DNA from: Acidimicrobiia bacterium
GTDB lineage: Bacteria; Actinomycetota; Acidimicrobiia; Spongiisociales; JAENVV01
Length of the DNA stretch: 64,000 nucleotides
Assembly (NCBI GenBank): GCA_041577335.1
Contig: JBFGJH010000001.1
Location: forward strand, 4,221 to 68,220
Reading direction: 5' to 3'
Notes under the pieces: model-generated
The model's database searches: none
What the model saw: only the letters and a program-made list of their open reading frames with translations
Told to the model about the DNA's origin: nothing
Made by a program: the position numbers and the translations under genes
Part shown: in pieces, positions 9,052 to 18,578 of the stretch
Layout: every line of letters starts with the position of its first letter
Position numbering within the stretch: the stretch's first letter is position 1

Positions 9052-9750
9052 GTGGTGCACATAGTGGAGATCATGGCCGTCACCGGAATCGGTGAAGTGA
9101 CGCAAGGAGACGACGTCGCATCCCTCATTGCCGACGCACTCGGTTTCCCGCTGGCTTCGGGTGACATCGTCGTCGTGACCCACAAAATCGTGTCGAAGGC
9201 CGAGGGTGCAGTGCGCTCGTACGCAACCGAAGAAGAACGGCGACGCATCGTGGAGGGTGAGGCAGCGTCGGTGATCCGCCGGCGGGGAGACCTCACGATC
9301 ACCCTCACGAAGCACGGCTTCATCTGCGCCAACGCCGGTGTCGACCGATCGAATGCCGCCCCCGGCATGCTCGTGCTGTTGCCCGACGACCCGGACCGGT
9401 CGGCGCAAAGGATCCGCGCCAAGCTCGAGCATCGCTTCTCGGTGTCGCTCGGCGTCGTGATCACCGACACGTTTGGTCGAGCGTGGCGCACGGGCCTCAC
9501 GGACGTGGCTATCGGCCTGGCGGGGCTTCCGGCACTTGTCGACCATCGTGGCACCACCGACACGCATGGCAACATGCTGGAGGTCACCGAGGTGGCAGTG
9601 GCCGACGAGATCGCGGCAGCAGCCGACCTGGTGATGGGCAAGGCGTCCGGGATCCCGGTAGCGATCGTGCGCGGGTTGACCTTCACACCAACCGAGAGCG
9701 GGCGGGCTGCCGACCTGGTGAGAGAAGCTCAGGACGATCTCTTCCGATGA
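9052..9750 (+). CDS. cofE: Coenzyme F420-0:L-glutamate ligase, CofE; stand-alone, with no fused FbiB nitroreductase-like C-terminal domain
   Basis: 232 aa. Motifs VVVTHKIVSKAEG, ICANAGVDRSN, GLPALVDHRGTTD; 13 nt downstream of cofD. Confidence 0.85.
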   Translation: MVHIVEIMAVTGIGEVTQGDDVASLIADALGFPLASGDIVVVTHKIVSKAEGAVRSYATEEERRRIVEGEAASVIRRRGDLTITLTKHGFICANAGVDRSNAAPGMLVLLPDDPDRSAQRIRAKLEHRFSVSLGVVITDTFGRAWRTGLTDVAIGLAGLPALVDHRGTTDTHGNMLEVTEVAVADEIAAAADLVMGKASGIPVAIVRGLTFTPTESGRAADLVREAQDDLFR

Positions 9751-9759
9751 GGTCGCCGC

Positions 9760-10713
9760 TCAGAGGGAGTCCCTGACCCATTTGATCGTCGCGGCGAGAC
9801 CCTCATCGAGGGGAGTCCAAGCCTGCCATCCGAGATGTCGACGGGCGGCTTCGGAAGTCAGCCAACTCCTCCGAATGTCGCCCTTTTTGGCGGGCGCATA
9901 CCGGGGTGCGATGTCGGTTCCGACGATGCCGGCCATGATCTCGTGGAGCGTATTGATGCTCGTCTCCTGGCCGGTGGAGATGTGGAGAAACTTGCCGCCC
10001 CCCAGGCGGGCAGCGGCCACCATGGCTTCGACGACGTCCTCCACAAAGACAAAATCACGCGTCTGCTCTCCGTCCCCGAAAATCGTTGGCTGTTCCCCTC
10101 GCAACAGCGCCTTGGCGAAGATCGCAACGACTCCCCCCTCTGCCGAGGCGTTCTGACGCGGGCCGTAGACATTGGACGGGCCGAGGGCGGTGTAATCCAG
10201 CCCGTATTGGCTCCGATAGAGATCGAGGTACCCCCGCGCCACCATCTTTGACACCCCATAAGGGGACTCGGGGCGGAACACGTGTCGCTCGGTCGATGGG
10301 AGCTTGGCGCCCGACCCGTGCAATGCCCCGCCTGACGACGTGAAGACGAACTGCTTCACACCAACCTGGCGCGCAATCTCCAAGAGATTCAGCGTCCCGA
10401 GAATGTTGACCCCGGCGTCGCGCATCGGGTCTTCCACCGACACCGTCACGGACGCCTGCGCGGCGAGGTGAAATACCGTGTCAGGTCGGAAACGCTCCAG
10501 AACCGTGTGCAAACCGGGCGACTGGATGTCGATTCGGTGCATATCGACATCCCCTCGACGGCGGGCATCGGCGAGAAAGTCGAAGTGCCCGGTCGACAAA
10601 TCGTCGATCACCAGCACATCGACGTTGTTGTCAACGAGCCGGTCAACGAGGTGGGATCCGATGAACCCGGCTCCACCCGTCACAACGGCTCGCCGGGGAT
10701 GATGCTCGCTCAT
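9760..10713 (-). CDS. NAD-dependent epimerase/dehydratase (UDP-sugar 4-epimerase family; possibly UDP-glucuronate epimerase given upstream ugd)
   Basis: VVTGGAGFIGSHLVDRL Rossmann motif and catalytic SPYGVSK (YxxxK). Lies 7 nt downstream of ugd. Confidence 0.8.
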   Translation of the reverse strand: MSEHHPRRAVVTGGAGFIGSHLVDRLVDNNVDVLVIDDLSTGHFDFLADARRRGDVDMHRIDIQSPGLHTVLERFRPDTVFHLAAQASVTVSVEDPMRDAGVNILGTLNLLEIARQVGVKQFVFTSSGGALHGSGAKLPSTERHVFRPESPYGVSKMVARGYLDLYRSQYGLDYTALGPSNVYGPRQNASAEGGVVAIFAKALLRGEQPTIFGDGEQTRDFVFVEDVVEAMVAAARLGGGKFLHISTGQETSINTLHEIMAGIVGTDIAPRYAPAKKGDIRRSWLTSEAARRHLGWQAWTPLDEGLAATIKWVRDSL

Positions 10714-10720
10714 CGGCGCC

Positions 10721-11977
10721 TCAGCGGCCGATGCCGCGGTAACGCAAGCCGGCGGCACGCACCTCGGCCGGATCGAGCATGTTGCGAGCGTCGATGACCC
10801 ATTGGCCGTCCATGACCGCGGCGACATCCGTCATATCCACCGTTGAGAACATGTCCCACTCGGTTGCCACCAAGAGAACGGCTGCTCCGGAGGCCGCTTC
10901 GAGCGGCGAGCCCGCCATCGTGATGCCATCGACCGTCGCAGCAGGATCGAAGACGGTGACGGCGGCGCCCTCGGCATCCATCCGCTGGATGAGCCACAAC
11001 GCAGGCGAGCTGCGCAGGTCGTCGGTGCCGCCCTTGTAGGCGGCGCCCCACACCGCCACGGGCACGCCGGCAAGCTCTCCCCCGGCCGCAGTTCGAACCT
11101 TGTCGAGCACCCGACTGCGTTGTACCTCGTTCTCAGTGATCACGCTCTTGAGAAGTGTGAAGTCGTAACCCGCCTGCTCGGCGGCTTTGACGAGAGCCTG
11201 CGTGTCCTTGGGAAAGCAGGAACCGCCGAACCCGGGGCCGGGTCGCATGAAATGACGCCCGATCCGATGATCGTGGCCGATCCCGTCGAGGACGTCTTTC
11301 ACATCGGCGCCGACGGCTTCACAGAGGTTCGCGATCGCGTTGCCGAACGTCACCCTCGTCGCCAGATACGCGTTGGCCGCATACTTGGCCAGCTCCGCCG
11401 AGGCCGGGTCGGTCATCACCAGTGGTGCTTCGATGGCGTCATACAGCTTGCGGAGCTTCTCGCCGGCGTCGGTGTCCGCCACACCGATCACTATCCGGTC
11501 GGGATGGAGGAAGTCCGAAACGGCGCTGCCTTCCCTGAGGAACTCCGGGTTGCTGGCCACGTGAACCCGATCGCCGAGTTCACGCTGGGTCTTGGCGACG
11601 GTCCCGACCGGGACGGTCGACTTGAACACGAGCACGACACCGTCGGGGAGATGCGCCGCGATCTCGGCCAGCAGCCCTCCGATCGCACTCAGGTCGGCTG
11701 TGCCATCGGGCGCAGACGGCGTGGGGAGGGCCACGAAGATCACGTCGGCTTCGCTGAGCGCGTCCAGGTTGTTCGAATGAACGCTGAGCGTTCCGTCCTC
11801 GAGGACTTGGCGCAGGAGAGCGCTGAGGCCCTCCTCGAAGATCGGTGAATCCCCTGACTGGATCATCGCCACCCGGTCAGGGTTCGCTTCGCCGAGGCGC
11901 ACGCGATGACCGAGCGAGGCCAGCCCGACCGCTTGCACCATGCCGACGTACCCGGCACCTATCACCGTGACGTTCAT
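10721..11977 (-). CDS. ugd: UDP-glucose 6-dehydrogenase
   Basis: MNVTVIGAGYVG NAD-binding motif; catalytic-Cys region GFGGSCFPKD; length ~418 aa. Confidence 0.85.
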   Translation of the reverse strand: MNVTVIGAGYVGMVQAVGLASLGHRVRLGEANPDRVAMIQSGDSPIFEEGLSALLRQVLEDGTLSVHSNNLDALSEADVIFVALPTPSAPDGTADLSAIGGLLAEIAAHLPDGVVLVFKSTVPVGTVAKTQRELGDRVHVASNPEFLREGSAVSDFLHPDRIVIGVADTDAGEKLRKLYDAIEAPLVMTDPASAELAKYAANAYLATRVTFGNAIANLCEAVGADVKDVLDGIGHDHRIGRHFMRPGPGFGGSCFPKDTQALVKAAEQAGYDFTLLKSVITENEVQRSRVLDKVRTAAGGELAGVPVAVWGAAYKGGTDDLRSSPALWLIQRMDAEGAAVTVFDPAATVDGITMAGSPLEAASGAAVLLVATEWDMFSTVDMTDVAAVMDGQWVIDARNMLDPAEVRAAGLRYRGIGR

Positions 11978-12063
11978 TGGAATTCCCCCCAAGACGAAGC
12001 GACGCAGGCTACCACCGGGCCCCGTTCGGCGAAACGGCCCAGCGACGTGCGATCCGTCGGGAG

Positions 12064-13380
12064 CTAGCGGCCGGCCCCCACGATCACCACCGCGTCGATG
12101 CCGTCTGGCGGGAGGCCGGTCTCGACAACCCCGTAACCCAACCCGGCTGCGATCAATTCTCCAACCGCCGGCGTCGGAGCGACGATGACGGTCTGCGCAT
12201 ACGTGAATTCCTCGGCATCTCCGACCTGAGAAACGCTGAACCCAAGCGTCTTCAGCTCGTCTGCGACCACACCCGCTGCTCCTGAGACGCCGTTGCCATT
12301 GAGCACCTGGACGGTGAGATCCTCGGGATTGGGCGCCGCGGTGCTGGTGGGTGAGATCGGCTGAAACACCGCTCCCCCGGCGCTGGCCGTCAACCCGGGA
12401 GCCGCGAACGCCGCCAGCGCCGCGCTGGTGTCGGGCTCGATCGGAATCTCGTACCAGATGCCGTTTTCCCTGACCGATTCGGTGGGTAGGGTCAGTCGAT
12501 CGATATCGTCGGATCCCAGCGACCGATAGGTGAGGCCCAGGTCGATGAAGTCGACGTCGAGGAAGCTGGCGTCCACCGTGACGTAGCCGGCCAGCTTTCC
12601 GATCACCCGTTCCGCCTCGAGCACGATCGTAGGTGACTTCACCGAGTTGAGAATGGCGAGCACGAGATCCTGCTGACGCTGCGTTCGCCCGATGTCGTTG
12701 GCGCCCACGCTTGTCCAGCGACCGTCTTGCAGCTCCTGATAGCTGCGGGAGCGGGCGTAGGCGAGCGCCGTCTGACCGTCGAGAACCTGCTCTCCGGCTT
12801 CCACTGAGAGCCCCGACTTGAGGTCTCGCGCCGCATAGGGGAAGTCGAGAGTCACTCCACCCAACTCGTCGACGAGACCGGAGAAGCCCACGAAGTCAAC
12901 TTCGAGATAGTGGTGAATCGGCAGCTGCAAGGTTTGGCGAACCGTATCGACCATCAGGGCGGCGCCACCGAAGGTGTACGCCGCGTTGATCTTGCCCGGG
13001 CCGTGACCCTCGATGTCCACCTTGAGGTCGCGCGGGATGCTGAGGAGCATCATCTCGCCGGTCTCAGGGATGAGCTGGAGGAGCATGATCACGTCTGCCC
13101 GCTCCCCGGCGAACTCACCGAAGTCGCCGAGCAGCTCCTCGGGCAGGTTCTCCCGCGAATCCGACCCGAGCACGAGGATCGTGATCGGGTCGCGCGTCTC
13201 GGGTGCCGGGGGCTCGTCGAGCACGTCTTCGATGTCGGGAATCGTCTCGAAGGCCTCCACGAACGCCTCTTGCACGCTCTCGCTCTTTCGGATCGCATAG
13301 AACACAGCCAAGTTGGCGGCAACGAGGACGGCCACCACCAGCCAGCGAGCGATTCTCCAAATGGATCGTGCTTTTCCCAT
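12064..13380 (-). CDS. LytR-CpsA-Psr (LCP) family cell-wall glycopolymer ligase with a C-terminal LytR_C domain
   Basis: N-terminal TM anchor. LCP core ILVLGSDSR...ADVIMLLQL...SIPRD; C-terminal LNGNGVSGAAG (LytR_C). Confidence 0.85.
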   Translation of the reverse strand: MGKARSIWRIARWLVVAVLVAANLAVFYAIRKSESVQEAFVEAFETIPDIEDVLDEPPAPETRDPITILVLGSDSRENLPEELLGDFGEFAGERADVIMLLQLIPETGEMMLLSIPRDLKVDIEGHGPGKINAAYTFGGAALMVDTVRQTLQLPIHHYLEVDFVGFSGLVDELGGVTLDFPYAARDLKSGLSVEAGEQVLDGQTALAYARSRSYQELQDGRWTSVGANDIGRTQRQQDLVLAILNSVKSPTIVLEAERVIGKLAGYVTVDASFLDVDFIDLGLTYRSLGSDDIDRLTLPTESVRENGIWYEIPIEPDTSAALAAFAAPGLTASAGGAVFQPISPTSTAAPNPEDLTVQVLNGNGVSGAAGVVADELKTLGFSVSQVGDAEEFTYAQTVIVAPTPAVGELIAAGLGYGVVETGLPPDGIDAVVIVGAGR

Positions 13381-13388
13381 CGCCGGCG

Positions 13389-14186
13389 CTAATACGCGGG
13401 GATGACGGCGGACGGGAGATTCGCGGCGAGAAAACGCTCGATGCGCACCATGGCGTCGTCAGCAGCTCCTGCGTGATAGCCGTCGGTGCCATCGTTCAAA
13501 AAGTCGTGGCCGGTGTCCTCATAGAGGATCCACGTCCCGGTGCCGTTCAGCCCCGCGGCAACGTCCACACCTTGAGACGGAACCAGCTCATCGTCTCGTC
13601 CGTACAGCCCGAGCACCGGCATCGTGAGGCGCTCGAGCACCGACGCCACCTGCATCCCGCGTTCCTCGTCGCCGGCGAGGGGCGCTTGAACTGCTACGAC
13701 CGCTCCGACATGGGGCCGATCCGAGGCGTAGAGAAGCCCGAACCGTCCGCCCGTATCGAGTCCGACGATCCCGATGGGGCCATCGACGATCCACCCGACA
13801 TCATCGTTCATCATGAACTCGTAGGCGTCATCGATATCGGTCAGCGCTCGTCGGTCGTCCAGCTGGGCGTACGCTGCGACGGCTCGTTCGAGGTCCCCAA
13901 CCGGCCCTGGCCGTTTCTCCCGATAGAGGTCGATCGCGATCGCCACCATCCCGTGGCGAGCGAGCCTCCGGCACATCGTTTTCTCGAGCGAGGTCAAGCC
14001 GTAGATATCCGGCAGGATGAGCACGCCTGGGTACTCGCCGATCTGATCAGGCCGGGCGAGGTAGCCGGGCTGGAAGGCAGATCCAACCGGCACGGCATAG
14101 GAGCGGTACAGGATGTTGAACTGGCCTTCGTGCGGCAAGACCGCCACGGCACCTCCTTGAATCGCCGGCATGGTAGCCGGAGACAT
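13389..14186 (-). CDS. Dienelactone hydrolase family protein
   Basis: DLH-like motifs PGVLILPDIYGL, HG, GxDxGG; 265 aa. Confidence 0.7.
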   Translation of the reverse strand: MSPATMPAIQGGAVAVLPHEGQFNILYRSYAVPVGSAFQPGYLARPDQIGEYPGVLILPDIYGLTSLEKTMCRRLARHGMVAIAIDLYREKRPGPVGDLERAVAAYAQLDDRRALTDIDDAYEFMMNDDVGWIVDGPIGIVGLDTGGRFGLLYASDRPHVGAVVAVQAPLAGDEERGMQVASVLERLTMPVLGLYGRDDELVPSQGVDVAAGLNGTGTWILYEDTGHDFLNDGTDGYHAGAADDAMVRIERFLAANLPSAVIPAY

Positions 14187-14206
14187 TTCTACGACCGACG
14201 ATGCCC

Positions 14207-14896
14207 TCAGCCGGCAGGTCGCACTTCCCAGACCTCACCGGAGCGCAGTTCGTGACGCTGGCACTCCGCGTCGACGATCAGGGCCCCGTCCAGTCCGATG
14301 TCGACCGCCCGACCCCGGCCTCCGGGTTGCCACACGATATCTCGACCGATCGTTTGACATCGATCGCGATACTCGTCGAGGCCCCACGCTCGCGGGTCAC
14401 CGGAGCATCGAAGAAGGAACTCGTCGACGAACGCCAGCCCGAGGTCCTTTCGGAATCCCGGCGCGGGTGGGGTCTGCCAGAGCCCGGCCATGCCGTCTGG
14501 AGCCTGGGGCCAGTACAGATTCAACCCCATACCGACAACTGCGATCTCCCCCACCACCTCGGCGAGGATGCCACCGATCTTGCCGCGCCCGCCCAGCAGG
14601 TCGTTGGGCCATTTGAGACGCACACCGGTCGCTCCCCGATGCTCGAGAACCAGGGCGGCACTGAGGCCGGCCACGAGCGAAAGAACCGGCAGTTGCTCGA
14701 CCGGCCACTCCGGCTCCAACGCCACGGAGACTGCCAACGCTTCGTCGGCGGTCAGCCAGGCACTCCCGCTTCGTCCGCGGCCGTCGGTTTGGCGCTCGGC
14801 CATCCACACCACGGGTCGGCCGGCGTATTGCTGCCGTGCGAGATCTTGTGTGGAAGAGACCTCGGCTTCGAAATTGAATACGTAGGGTGTAGCCAT
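14207..14896 (-). CDS. birA: Biotin--[acetyl-CoA-carboxylase] ligase (no N-terminal HTH)
   Basis: GRGRSG and KWPNDLL motifs. Divergent from the acyl-CoA carboxylase genes, as in mycobacterial birA-accD5. Confidence 0.8.
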   Translation of the reverse strand: MATPYVFNFEAEVSSTQDLARQQYAGRPVVWMAERQTDGRGRSGSAWLTADEALAVSVALEPEWPVEQLPVLSLVAGLSAALVLEHRGATGVRLKWPNDLLGGRGKIGGILAEVVGEIAVVGMGLNLYWPQAPDGMAGLWQTPPAPGFRKDLGLAFVDEFLLRCSGDPRAWGLDEYRDRCQTIGRDIVWQPGGRGRAVDIGLDGALIVDAECQRHELRSGEVWEVRPAG

Positions 14897-14956
14897 AACC
14901 TCGATCCCGGAGTCAAACAATCAATACGCTAGTGAGCTGCCGAGGAGGCGGGCCGA

Positions 14957-16507
14957 GTGGGCACTGAGCAACGGATCGAGCACCTACGAGCACTGAGGGA
15001 CAGAGCCCTGCATGCCGGCAGCCAACGTGCGGTCGATCGACAGCATGACCAGGGAAAATTGACTGCGCGAGAACGCCTCGCCCTTCTTCTCGACAAAGGC
15101 TCATTTCAGGAAGTCGACATGCTGGTGCAGCACCAAGCACTTGGCTTCGGGATCGAAGAGAATCGTCCGCCCGGGGATGCAGTCGTCACCGGGTGGGGCA
15201 CCATCGCCGGAAGAACCGTATTCGTCTTCGCCGAGGATTTCACCGTCTTCGGAGGCAGTTTGGGAAGGGCTGTGTCAGACAAGGTCTGCAAAGTGATCGA
15301 CATGGCACTCGATGTGGGTGCGCCGCTCATCGGCTTGAAGGACTCCGGGGGGGCGCGCATCCAAGAAGGCGTCGCCTCACTCGATGGCTACGGAAGGATC
15401 TTCGAGCGCAACGTTCGGGCCTCGGGTGTCATCCCCCAGATCTCCGTGATCATGGGCCCGTGCGCCGGAGGGGCGGTGTACTCGCCGGCAATGACCGACT
15501 TCGTCTTTCAGGTCGACGGCACCTCGCATCTCTTCATCACGGGCCCCGAAGTGATCAAGGCAGTGACCGGCGAAGACGTCACGATGGAGGCGCTCGGTGG
15601 CGCGCACGCCCACGCGGCTACGAGCGGCGTGACGCATTTTGTCGCCGAGTCCGGGGAAGCCGCCATGGAGGCAGTTCGATATCTGCTCAGTTTTCTGCCG
15701 CAGAACAACATGGAAACAGCGCCCTACTTTGCGCCCGCTGATAGCCCCGACCGGACCGACGACAGCCTCGATCGCATCATCCCGGACAGCCCCAACCAGC
15801 CATACGACATGGTGGAGGTCATCGAGACGATCCTCGACGACGAGGAGTTCTATCAGGTTCACGAGCGATTCGCCCCGAATATCGTGGTCGGCCTGGGACG
15901 TCTCGACGGCCACACCATCGGGGTCGTCGCCAACCAGCCGGCGGCCCTGGCAGGCACACTCGATATCTCGGCGTCGGAAAAGGCTGCTCGTTTCGTTCGC
16001 TTTTGCGATGCCTTCAATATCCCACTTCTGACCATGGTTGATGTGCCCGGGTTCCTGCCAGGTGTGAATCAGGAGCATGGAGGCATCATCCGCCACGGCG
16101 CCAAACTCTTGTACGCGTACTGCGAGGCCACCGTTCCGCGCGTCACCGTCATCACACGCAAAGCCTACGGGGGCGCATACCTGGTGATGAACGCCCGGGG
16201 AATCCGGGCCGACATGGTGTACGCCTGGCCGTCTGCCGAAATCGCGGTCATGGGCGCACAGGGAGCCGTCAATGTCGTATTCCGCAAGGAACTGGCCAAT
16301 GCCGAGGACCCCGACGCCAAGCGGGCCGAGCTCATCGAGGATTACGAGGCGAAATTCAACAACCCCTATCGGGCGGCCGAGCTCGGGCTCGTCGACGACG
16401 TGATCGAGCCGCGTGAGACGCGGACTCGGCTCATCAGAGCATTCGAAATGTTGCGGAACAAACGCGAGAACCTCCCGCCGAAGAAACACGGCAATATCCC
16501 CCTCTAG
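14957..16507 (+). CDS. accD: Acyl-CoA carboxylase carboxyltransferase beta subunit (propionyl/acetyl-CoA carboxylase, AccD/PccB type)
   Basis: 516 aa. GGARIQEG and other carboxyltransferase motifs; two-domain crotonase-like architecture. Confidence 0.9.
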   Translation: MGTEQRIEHLRALRDRALHAGSQRAVDRQHDQGKLTARERLALLLDKGSFQEVDMLVQHQALGFGIEENRPPGDAVVTGWGTIAGRTVFVFAEDFTVFGGSLGRAVSDKVCKVIDMALDVGAPLIGLKDSGGARIQEGVASLDGYGRIFERNVRASGVIPQISVIMGPCAGGAVYSPAMTDFVFQVDGTSHLFITGPEVIKAVTGEDVTMEALGGAHAHAATSGVTHFVAESGEAAMEAVRYLLSFLPQNNMETAPYFAPADSPDRTDDSLDRIIPDSPNQPYDMVEVIETILDDEEFYQVHERFAPNIVVGLGRLDGHTIGVVANQPAALAGTLDISASEKAARFVRFCDAFNIPLLTMVDVPGFLPGVNQEHGGIIRHGAKLLYAYCEATVPRVTVITRKAYGGAYLVMNARGIRADMVYAWPSAEIAVMGAQGAVNVVFRKELANAEDPDAKRAELIEDYEAKFNNPYRAAELGLVDDVIEPRETRTRLIRAFEMLRNKRENLPPKKHGNIPL

Positions 16508-16513
16508 GATCCT

Positions 16514-18271
16514 GTGATGTCGCTCGAATCAGTTCTCATAGCCAACCGTGGCGAGATTGCAGTCCGCGTCATACGGACTGCCAAAGAAATGGGCCTGCGC
16601 ACCATTGCCATCTACTCGGAGCTCGACCGAGACTCGCTCCATGTTGCGCTTGCGGATGAGGCCTGGAACGTCGGCGGTGCACCGGCGGCCGAGTCGTACC
16701 TCAACATGGACCGGATCCTGCAGGTGGCACAGGCTGCCAAGGCGAGCGCCATTCACCCGGGATATGGATTCTTGGCCGAAAACGCAACATTCGCGCAGCG
16801 GGTGATCGACACCGGAATCGCCTGGGTTGGCCCGCCTGCCAGCGCCATAACGACCATGGGAGACAAAATCGCCTCGCGCCTGGCGGTTGCGGAGGCGGGC
16901 GTCCAGTCGGTCCCCGGAACGATCGAGCCGCTCACCTCGGCCGACGACATCGCAGCCGTGGCGGATAGCTTCGGCTACCCGGTTGCCATCAAGGCAGCGC
17001 ACGGCGGTGGCGGCAAGGGCTTGCGCGTGGTGGCCGGGCCGGAAGGGCTCACCGAGGCGTTCGACGGGGCGCAGCGTGAAGCCGACGCCTATTTCGGCAA
17101 CTCGGCGGTCTACGTCGAGAAGTACTTGGCGCGACCGCGTCACATCGAGGCGCAGATATTCGTTGCCGCCGATGGAACCGGATACTTCCTCGGGGAACGC
17201 GATTGTTCGGTCCAGCGGCGCCATCAGAAGCTCATCGAGGAGTCGCCGGCTCCCACGGTCACCGAGGCCCAGCGGCAAGCGTTGGCGAAGGCCGCCCTCG
17301 CAGTCGCCGACGCCTGCGACTATCGCAATGCCGGCACGATCGAGTTCCTCATGGACACGGACGGAGAGCTCTACTTCCTGGAGATGAACACGCGGCTCCA
17401 GGTGGAGCACACCGTCACCGAGATGGTGATGGGTGTGGATCTCGTGCGCGCTCAACTCATGACGGCTGCCGGCGAGCAGGTCGACCTGGGAGATCTCGAA
17501 TCTCGGGGGCATGCCATCGAGTTTCGGATCAATGCGGAAGACCCATCCGCGGGATTTCTGCCTTCACCCGGCCAGATCGTTCACTATCGAGACCCGGCTG
17601 GATACGGCATACGGGTGGATGGTTGGGTGCAATCCGGTTCACGCGTCAGTCAGTACTACGACAACCTGGTTGCCAAGCTCGTCGTGTGGGGCGCGACCCG
17701 CTCCGAAGCCATCGACCGTTCTCGACGTGCCCTGACCGAGTACATCGTCGATGGCATCGCCACCACCATCCCGGCGCACCTCGCCATCGTCAACGACCCC
17801 ACCTTCCAGGCCGGTGACCACCACACCCGCTACGTCGAGGACGAGCTCGACCTCTCCGGCCTCAAAGCGCAAGCTCGCACAGGAACGCTCCCCGAGGACG
17901 AGGAAGCCGATCGTCGTTCGATGACCGTCGAGGTCGGGGGCAAGCGCTTCGATGTGTCCTTCTGGGCGCCCAGCCCGGCCCCGTCCGCTTCGGGACCGGC
18001 GGCCCCGCGGCGGCGTCCCCCCAAGCTCAAGGCTTCCAACCCCGACGCCGGCGCAGATGCCGGGATGATCGTCGCGCCCATGCAAGGAACCATCGTCAAG
18101 ATTTCTTCACCGGCAGGCACGGCCATCGATATCGACGAGCCCATTTGCGTTTTGGAAGCGATGAAGATGGAGAACGAGGTCCGCTCCCCTGTCAAGGGCG
18201 AGCTCGTCGAGCTCCGCATCCAAGCCGGCGACACGGTTGCCGCAGGTCAGGTGATCGCCATCGTGCGTTGA
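16514..18271 (+). CDS. accA: Acyl-CoA carboxylase alpha subunit (biotin carboxylase + BCCP domain)
   Basis: 585 aa. ATP-grasp biotin-carboxylase domain and C-terminal EAMKMENEV biotinyl-lysine motif. Confidence 0.9.
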   Translation: MMSLESVLIANRGEIAVRVIRTAKEMGLRTIAIYSELDRDSLHVALADEAWNVGGAPAAESYLNMDRILQVAQAAKASAIHPGYGFLAENATFAQRVIDTGIAWVGPPASAITTMGDKIASRLAVAEAGVQSVPGTIEPLTSADDIAAVADSFGYPVAIKAAHGGGGKGLRVVAGPEGLTEAFDGAQREADAYFGNSAVYVEKYLARPRHIEAQIFVAADGTGYFLGERDCSVQRRHQKLIEESPAPTVTEAQRQALAKAALAVADACDYRNAGTIEFLMDTDGELYFLEMNTRLQVEHTVTEMVMGVDLVRAQLMTAAGEQVDLGDLESRGHAIEFRINAEDPSAGFLPSPGQIVHYRDPAGYGIRVDGWVQSGSRVSQYYDNLVAKLVVWGATRSEAIDRSRRALTEYIVDGIATTIPAHLAIVNDPTFQAGDHHTRYVEDELDLSGLKAQARTGTLPEDEEADRRSMTVEVGGKRFDVSFWAPSPAPSASGPAAPRRRPPKLKASNPDAGADAGMIVAPMQGTIVKISSPAGTAIDIDEPICVLEAMKMENEVRSPVKGELVELRIQAGDTVAAGQVIAIVR

Positions 18272-18292
18272 AGGGCCAGAGGCCCTTCAACG
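18266..18292 (+). terminator. Perfect 12-bp stem / 3-nt loop hairpin overlapping the accA stop codon; intrinsic terminator without a U-tract
   Basis: CGTTGAAGGGCC-AGA-GGCCCTTCAACG read directly from the sequence. Confidence 0.55.
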
Positions 18293-18578
18293 GCGTTAGA
18301 AGGAAATACGTCCCGGATTTCTTCTGTGCGGTCCGATTAGTCACGCCCCGCCCTTGGGGGAGTCCGAGGGGGTGGCTCCGCCAGCCCCGCAGCGACAACG
18401 CTCCGGCGTTGTCGCGAGGACCCTCCACCGACCGGCGTCTGTTTGGGTCCGGTGTGACACACCGGATCTACCTCAAAGCGCAAAAGGGACAGACGAACCG
18501 AGGCCGGACCCAAAGTCGGTCGAGCAACGGAAAGAGCCGCTCGAAACGAACCCGATCGGATCCTGATCCGATCGGCCA

